Of a DNA stretch of 64,000 nucleotides, positions 58,434 through 64,000 are shown piece after piece (positions within the stretch are counted from its first letter, which is position 1; each line of letters begins with the position of its first letter). Under the pieces are notes generated by a model that did not search any database, was not told where the DNA came from, and saw nothing but the letters and a program-made list of their open reading frames with translations. This DNA is from Thermodesulfobacteriota bacterium (GTDB taxonomy: Bacteria; Desulfobacterota; Desulfobulbia; Desulfobulbales; SURF-16), in the NCBI GenBank assembly GCA_039715015.1, contig JBDLIE010000013.1, positions 1-64,000 of the forward strand. Direction: 5' to 3'. A program made the translations under genes and the position numbers.

Positions 58434-59201
58434 ATGGATTTAGAACATAAAAATGAACCCAAGGTAGTGGCCATTATTCCGGCCCGGTACCACTCAAACC
58501 GTTTTAAGGGCAAACCTCTGGCCGAGATTTGCGGTAAGCCGATGATTCAGCATGTCTATGAGCGCTCCCAGGCATCATCCATTCTAAGCAGGGTGGCCGT
58601 GGCCACCGATGACGATCGGATCGCCGACTGTGTCCGTGCTTTCGGCGGTGAAGTGGTGATGACCAGCCGTGATCACGTCTCCGGCACTGACCGTCTGGCT
58701 GAGGCCGCCACTATCATGGACATCCCGGAGCAGGATGTGGTGGTCAATATCCAGGGTGATCAGCCCCTCTTTCCGTCGGAGATCGTCAGCCAGGTTGCCC
58801 AACCACTGCTGGACGACCCGTCGCTGCCCATGTCCACCCTGATCTATAAGATTATACGTCCAGAGGAGATAAACGATCCCAACCATGTGAAGACCGTTTT
58901 TGACCGGCATGGCATGGCGCTTTATTTTTCCCGGGCCCCCATTCCTTTCCAGCGCAATCCCGAGGACCCTCAGTCGCCCACCTACTATAAGCATCTCGGC
59001 TTTTATGCCTATCGCAAAGGGTTCTTGCTCAGCTTTGTGGCCCTGCCTGAAGGAGAGTGGGAGCGTTTTGAGAAGCTGGAGCAGCTCAGGGCCTTGGAGT
59101 ATGGCTACGGAATTAAAGTGGTGCTGACCAAGCACGATTCCGTTGAGGTTGACACCCCTGCCGATGCCAAGCGGGTTGGCGAATTGTGTCAGGACGCATA
59201 G
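58434..59201 (+). CDS. kdsB: 3-deoxy-manno-octulosonate cytidylyltransferase
   Basis: IPARYHSNRFKGKPL, SGTDR, NIQGDQP, LYFSR and EKLEQLRALE. Confidence 0.95.
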   Translation: MDLEHKNEPKVVAIIPARYHSNRFKGKPLAEICGKPMIQHVYERSQASSILSRVAVATDDDRIADCVRAFGGEVVMTSRDHVSGTDRLAEAATIMDIPEQDVVVNIQGDQPLFPSEIVSQVAQPLLDDPSLPMSTLIYKIIRPEEINDPNHVKTVFDRHGMALYFSRAPIPFQRNPEDPQSPTYYKHLGFYAYRKGFLLSFVALPEGEWERFEKLEQLRALEYGYGIKVVLTKHDSVEVDTPADAKRVGELCQDA

Positions 59202-59259
59202 TTGAGATAACAAACAACAATTAATTTTTTTGAAAAGATAAAACTATAAGGAAGAAAAG

Positions 59260-60186
59260 ATGCGTAAGAAAATAACAATTATTGGCGCCGGTAATGTTGG
59301 AGCAACTGCAGCCCACTGGGCAGCAAGCCGTGGTCTTGGTGATGTGGTTTTGCTCGATGTTGTTGAGGGTGTTCCCCAGGGCAAGGCCTTAGATCTTTCC
59401 CAGTCCGGTCCGGTTGACCCCTTTCCTGGCATGGTTACGGGCAGCAACGATTATGCTGATTCCGCCAACTCTGATGTGATTATCATCACCGCTGGTTTGG
59501 CCCGTAAACCAGGCATGAGCCGTGATGACCTGCTGGCCAAGAATGTGGCCATTGTCAAGTCCTGCGCCGAACAGGCTGCCAAGCATTCTCCCAATGCCGT
59601 GCTCATCGTGGTGACCAACCCCATCGATGCCATGGTTTACACCGGCTTCAAGGTTTCCGGTTTCCCCAAAGAGAGAGTGATCGGCATGGCCGGTGTCCTT
59701 GATTCCGCCCGCTATCGCACCTTCCTGGCCCAGGCCGTTGGCGTTGCCCCCCGTGATGTCAATGCCATGGTTATGGGTATCCATGGCGACAATATGATCC
59801 CGCTTATTCGTCTGGCCAATGTCGCCGGGGTGCCGGTGTCAGATCTTTTAAGTGCTGACGAGCTGGCTGCCATTGTCAAGCGGACCCAGACCGGTGGCGC
59901 TGAGATCGTCAACCATTTGAAGACCGGCTCTGCCTTTTACACACCAGGCCTGGCCGCGGTGGAGATGGCTGAGGCGGTGCTGGCTGATTCCAAACGGGTT
60001 CTGCCCTGTGCCGCTTACCTTGAAGGTGAGTTTGGCATCTCCGGCTGTTTTCTTGGTGTACCTGTTGTTATTGGTAGTGAGGGAATCGAGCGTATTATCG
60101 AGTTTGAACTCACTGCCGATGAGCAGGCCGCCATGAAGGAATCCGAGGCCGCAGTCCGCAAACAGATGGCTGCCACCGGCCTGTAA
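59260..60186 (+). CDS. mdh: Malate dehydrogenase (LDH-like)
   Basis: [29 protein letters not shown] and HGD. Confidence 0.95.
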   Translation: MRKKITIIGAGNVGATAAHWAASRGLGDVVLLDVVEGVPQGKALDLSQSGPVDPFPGMVTGSNDYADSANSDVIIITAGLARKPGMSRDDLLAKNVAIVKSCAEQAAKHSPNAVLIVVTNPIDAMVYTGFKVSGFPKERVIGMAGVLDSARYRTFLAQAVGVAPRDVNAMVMGIHGDNMIPLIRLANVAGVPVSDLLSADELAAIVKRTQTGGAEIVNHLKTGSAFYTPGLAAVEMAEAVLADSKRVLPCAAYLEGEFGISGCFLGVPVVIGSEGIERIIEFELTADEQAAMKESEAAVRKQMAATGL

Positions 60187-60256
60187 GATTCCCTGCTTAT
60201 GCATGGCCATGGTTTTACAAGGCCTGCTATGACCCTGCCGGCTTCCAGTTGGCAGG

Positions 60257-62551
60257 GTGTTTAATTCTACCAGTAAAAATATGACCAAAAATCTCACCAG
60301 CTTACCCAGTGCTGACAGGGTAGTGACCAGCTTACAAAAGGCCACTGCCAGTCGTTTCAGCCCCCTTGATCTTATCCCCAGGCGGAGCCTGGTGGAAAAG
60401 CTCATCGAGCTTGTCCTTTCCGGTATTCCCAAGGATTTTGCTGAGATGACGGCTCCCCTGGAGGACCTTGCCGATGCCCTGCACGGGGTGGATGCCTCTG
60501 AGCTGAACGTAGTTGTGCTGGGTGGTGGCAGTGGTCTTTCCAATCTGGTGGGGGGTGACAGCAACCGGACGAACTGGCCGCAGTCGCCCTTTGCCGGGCT
60601 CAAGGAGATCTTTCCCAAAACAAAGGCCATTGTCTGCATAACCGATGACGGCGGTTCCACCGGTGAGCTTCTTAAAGATTTTCCCGTTATCGGTCTTGGT
60701 GATATCCGCCATGTCCTGCTCTCGTCAATCCAGAAGGCCAACCTTGTCCGCCTCTACGATCTGACAGAGGCCCGGGCCGCAAAGGTGGTGCGCTGCCTGC
60801 ACAGTCTCTTTACCCTTCGTTTTGAAAACAGGCCGGCTTCCATCTCCGAACTACTGGCCGATAGCGGCTGTGAGTTACCGGAACTGCCGGAATTGCTTGT
60901 TGAGAAACTGACGGGCCTGCTGGAGTTTTTGTTTGAGGACTCCCGGCTTAAAAGGGCACTGGGCCGCCCCCATTGCCTGGGCAACCTTCTGGTGGCGGCA
61001 GCCATTTATAAATTAACGCCAGCTTCGGAAGATAAGCCGGAAGGCGCGGCTGTTGTTGAAGGCCTGAAATGGCTTTCAGCCTTGATCGGCGCCGGTGAGG
61101 GCTCTGTGCTGCCCTGTACCACCACCCCGGCCCATCTTAATCTGCTCTATGGTAACGGCGTGGTGGTTACCGGAGAGAGCAAGTCGGAAGGGGGCTACCG
61201 TAATGCCGCCATTGACCGGGTTTTTGTCGAATTTTCAGAAGAGCCCCATGTGCCCCATGAGGTCATGGACGCCATAAATGAGGCGGATATTATTCTCTTT
61301 GCCCCGGGAAGTCTTTATACCTCCATTATTCCTATTCTTCATGTGCCGGGCATTGCCGAGGCGGTTCGCTCCAACGAGCAGGCCCTGAAAATCCTTGTTG
61401 CCAACCTCTGGGTCCAGAAGGGTGAGACCGATCTCATCTGGAATGATATGCGCCGCCGTTTCCATGTTTCCGACATGATTAACGCCTATGAACGTAATAT
61501 CCCCGGTGGTATCAATGGCCTTTTTGCCCAGGTCCTGCTTCTTGGCCTTCGTGATATTCCGGGTTCCATCCTGCAGAGCTATGCAGTGGAATCAAAGATG
61601 CCAATTTTCCTCGACCGGGGCCAGGTCTGGCAGCTTGGCCTGATGCCGGTGGAGGCCAAGCTCTTTTCCGAGTCAGCCTTGCAGCGGCGGGTGGTACAGC
61701 ATGATCCCGGCGCTTTGGCAGAGGCTGTAAAAGTGATCTGGAGTGTTCGGGAGCATGCCACCCGGGCCGATGTCTCAAACAGCGGAAGCCATACCGCCGG
61801 CCCGTCACCACTTGTCTGCCGGGAGAGGATGACCCCTGATCAACGCATGCGCCGTTTTGAGGAGCTTCTGCAGGTGCCCATGGTGGGATCGGTACGTAGT
61901 GCGCTGCTGGAAATTTTCTGGCGGCATTGGGACATCCGCCACGGCCATCTTATTAATCTCCGCGGCGTTGAGCTGGTCAGTGAGAGTGACTGGGATCGTT
62001 GCCAGGAATGGGATAAAATACACTCTTTTTTTGAGCCCCAGGACGGTATCATCAGAATCCGCGAGGATGTTTTCCATGACCAGCAGAAGCGGGAGGTGGC
62101 AGTCCTTGTCGCCTTAGGTCAGTCGCTTCTTGGCAATTATGCCGAGAATAAGGAGGTCCAGTCCCTGAAAGATGGTGACCATGATGTCGGCAAGATTTTT
62201 CGTCTCATTCTCCATGAAGAGGGGCAGCGCTCTTGTTTTTTCAGCGCCGCTGAGCTAGCGGAATACCTTGTCCTGGTGCGCATGAAACAGGCAGAAAACA
62301 ACCCGCTGCTTTATACCAGGCTGGTTAACGGCATGGAGGGCTTTACCCCTCCCGGCATGCTCATGGGCCTTACCTATGCCTGGTATGTCGATAATCGTCT
62401 TGCCGCCCATATCGACTATAAGATGGCTATTACCCGCATCCCCGGCTCCAGCCTTGTCCCCGAACAACTAAAAATGTTGAACAGGCGCCAGAGTATGATC
62501 CGTTTCTTCCGCAAGGTGGTTTTTCGCCACAATTCCTGCCGTTATGAGTAA
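60257..62551 (+). CDS. YvcK/CofD-family protein with long C-terminal extension
   Basis: VVLGGGSGLS, DDGGSTG, GDIR, HCLGNL, APGSLYTSI and HDP. Start may be ATG 60281. Confidence 0.82.
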   Translation: MFNSTSKNMTKNLTSLPSADRVVTSLQKATASRFSPLDLIPRRSLVEKLIELVLSGIPKDFAEMTAPLEDLADALHGVDASELNVVVLGGGSGLSNLVGGDSNRTNWPQSPFAGLKEIFPKTKAIVCITDDGGSTGELLKDFPVIGLGDIRHVLLSSIQKANLVRLYDLTEARAAKVVRCLHSLFTLRFENRPASISELLADSGCELPELPELLVEKLTGLLEFLFEDSRLKRALGRPHCLGNLLVAAAIYKLTPASEDKPEGAAVVEGLKWLSALIGAGEGSVLPCTTTPAHLNLLYGNGVVVTGESKSEGGYRNAAIDRVFVEFSEEPHVPHEVMDAINEADIILFAPGSLYTSIIPILHVPGIAEAVRSNEQALKILVANLWVQKGETDLIWNDMRRRFHVSDMINAYERNIPGGINGLFAQVLLLGLRDIPGSILQSYAVESKMPIFLDRGQVWQLGLMPVEAKLFSESALQRRVVQHDPGALAEAVKVIWSVREHATRADVSNSGSHTAGPSPLVCRERMTPDQRMRRFEELLQVPMVGSVRSALLEIFWRHWDIRHGHLINLRGVELVSESDWDRCQEWDKIHSFFEPQDGIIRIREDVFHDQQKREVAVLVALGQSLLGNYAENKEVQSLKDGDHDVGKIFRLILHEEGQRSCFFSAAELAEYLVLVRMKQAENNPLLYTRLVNGMEGFTPPGMLMGLTYAWYVDNRLAAHIDYKMAITRIPGSSLVPEQLKMLNRRQSMIRFFRKVVFRHNSCRYE

Positions 62552-63458
62552 TGGCTCGATCTTAGACGGCTTTGCCCTGGGCGAATGTGTTGATCCCGGC
62601 GCTGATGTTCAATTGCTGGCCGAGTTAATCTGCAGCCGCGAAGAGGTATGCCGGGACTTGCAAGAGGAGTTGCTTTCTCTGCCCTGTCAGGTCGAGTGGC
62701 AGGCGGCGGCTGACAATTATATTGTCTATGTGTTAGGTGATCAAAATGCCGATCATGACCAACTTTTAGGCGCCATTGCCCGTTTCCTTGACGCTCACCC
62801 CCGGCAGCTTCATCTCGTAGAAAACAGGCTGGTCCAGGGCAGCCCGGCCTTCGCAGCCCGGCATGGCTTTTGTTTTGTCAGTGATGCTCCTCAGAATCAG
62901 AAGGAAATCGTTCTAACGGCTGGCAGCCACGCCTTTGGCTCCGGCAACCATCCTTCCACCAGCCTCGTGATTGAACTTCTGGAAGAGTTGCCTGCCCCTT
63001 CCCCGTCAGTACTTGATGTGGGCTGCGGAACCGGGGTGCTTTCCCTTGTTGCTGCCCGTCTTGGCGCCGGGCAGGTTGTGGGGGTCGATATTGATCAGGA
63101 GGCCGTCGCTGTTGCTTTAAAAAACGCCCGCTCCAATCAGCTTGAAGACCTGGTTTCTTTTACGACTTCATCCCTCCAGGATCTCCAGGGAACATTCCCC
63201 CTTATTCTTGCCAACCTCACAGGTTCGGTGCTCTTCAGATTGCTGGCCGATATAACGAACCATGCTGGCCCAGGTTCCATGCTCATTGTTTCAGGGCTGC
63301 AGGGGAGGCAGGGGAATGAGGCTGAGAAGCTCGCTGCCGGCCATGGCTGGCAGCTTGAGAAAAGCAGGGCCCTTGGCAAATGGCAGGCCCGGATTTTTAC
63401 CATGCCTGCCGATGATGAGATAAGTTTCCTTCCAGGCAATCCCAAAGCCAGCAAATAG
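62544..63458 (+). CDS. prmA: PrmA-like ribosomal protein L11 methyltransferase
   Basis: AFGSGNHPST, VLDVGCGTGVL, GVDID, ILANL and SG; atypical N-terminus. Confidence 0.75.
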   Translation: MSNGSILDGFALGECVDPGADVQLLAELICSREEVCRDLQEELLSLPCQVEWQAAADNYIVYVLGDQNADHDQLLGAIARFLDAHPRQLHLVENRLVQGSPAFAARHGFCFVSDAPQNQKEIVLTAGSHAFGSGNHPSTSLVIELLEELPAPSPSVLDVGCGTGVLSLVAARLGAGQVVGVDIDQEAVAVALKNARSNQLEDLVSFTTSSLQDLQGTFPLILANLTGSVLFRLLADITNHAGPGSMLIVSGLQGRQGNEAEKLAAGHGWQLEKSRALGKWQARIFTMPADDEISFLPGNPKASK

Positions 63459-63483
63459 ATCTATCTGATCTTTAGTGAGAGAA

Positions 63484-64000
63484 TCAGACACCTCTGCTTT
63501 TGGCAGGCCAGAGCACGGTGTGAAGCTGGATTTGGAGGCGGATGGGAAGGGTGTCTTCTAAGATCCAGGCGGCCAACTCGGCAGGATTAAGATCGTTTGT
63601 CACCGGTGAGAAGAGGATTTTCGGGCCTTTTGCCAGAGAATCGAAGGCGTAGGTCATGTGCTTTCTGATACAATCAACCGCCCACTGATAATCCTGCCGG
63701 GAGCGTAAGACAAATTTCACCTCATCCTTGCCGGCCAGTTGCTTGATGTTGGCAAGATGGTTCATGTCGTCCATGCCGCTGCCAGGACATTTGATGTCCA
63801 TAATTTTCACCACGCCAGCCGGCACCTTCTCCAAGCCAATGCTGCCATTGGTCTCCAAAAGGACAGTTCTGTCATCATCCAGCAAGGCCTCCATGAGCGG
63901 ATAGACTTGCTCCTGGAGGAGTGGTTCGCCGCCGGTGATCTCCACCAGGCGTACCGGAGATTCATTTACAAAATCGAGAACTTCCTGCAGGGACATCTGG
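63484..64000 (-). CDS. queE: 7-carboxy-7-deazaguanine synthase-like radical SAM protein (5' end outside the window)
   Basis: ITGGEPLLQ, LETNGS, MDIKCPGSG, DEVKFV and QIQLH. Confidence 0.88.
   Translation of the reverse strand, partial: QMSLQEVLDFVNESPVRLVEITGGEPLLQEQVYPLMEALLDDDRTVLLETNGSIGLEKVPAGVVKIMDIKCPGSGMDDMNHLANIKQLAGKDEVKFVLRSRQDYQWAVDCIRKHMTYAFDSLAKGPKILFSPVTNDLNPAELAAWILEDTLPIRLQIQLHTVLWPAKSRGV

Overview
This 64 kb window is gene-dense chromosomal DNA, most consistent with an anaerobic Desulfobacterota (Desulfobulbales-like) bacterium; the taxonomy is inferred from gene content, not from a search. In order it holds: tRNA-Cys; an expanded mglB-mglA GTPase cluster with an acidic repeat protein, a Zn-ribbon/Ig protein and two more Roadblock genes; a triheme cytochrome c, a small exported protein ending in EGC and a membrane-anchored XRE regulator; a minimal dehydratase-activase pair, lptG, crcB and a RACo-type ATPase; a PII-like gene, two glgC paralogues and a DHH phosphoesterase; a heme-c sensor kinase with a sigma54 activator and napFDAGHBC; trpBA; an octaheme HAO-family cytochrome; a 259-bp internally deleted ISL3; PilZ and GalT-like genes; recCBD; a two-subunit biotin carboxylase; a REP doublet; a TAXI-TRAP transporter; Fe-ADH and kdnA separated by a MITE; a TtrS-like hybrid kinase, rhodanese, rsmJ, kdsB, mdh, a long YvcK-like gene, a prmA-like gene and partial queE. 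The best leads are (i) a candidate NrfA-independent nitrate-to-ammonium module whose regulation can be read from the DNA (two sigma54 promoters sharing a GTTACC-N4-GGTAAC enhancer, plus an HcpR/FNR-type box), (ii) an Mgl polarity operon with a possible uncharacterised scaffold, and (iii) a probable Kdo8N LPS pathway. All calls come from motif recognition by eye; no database searches were run.
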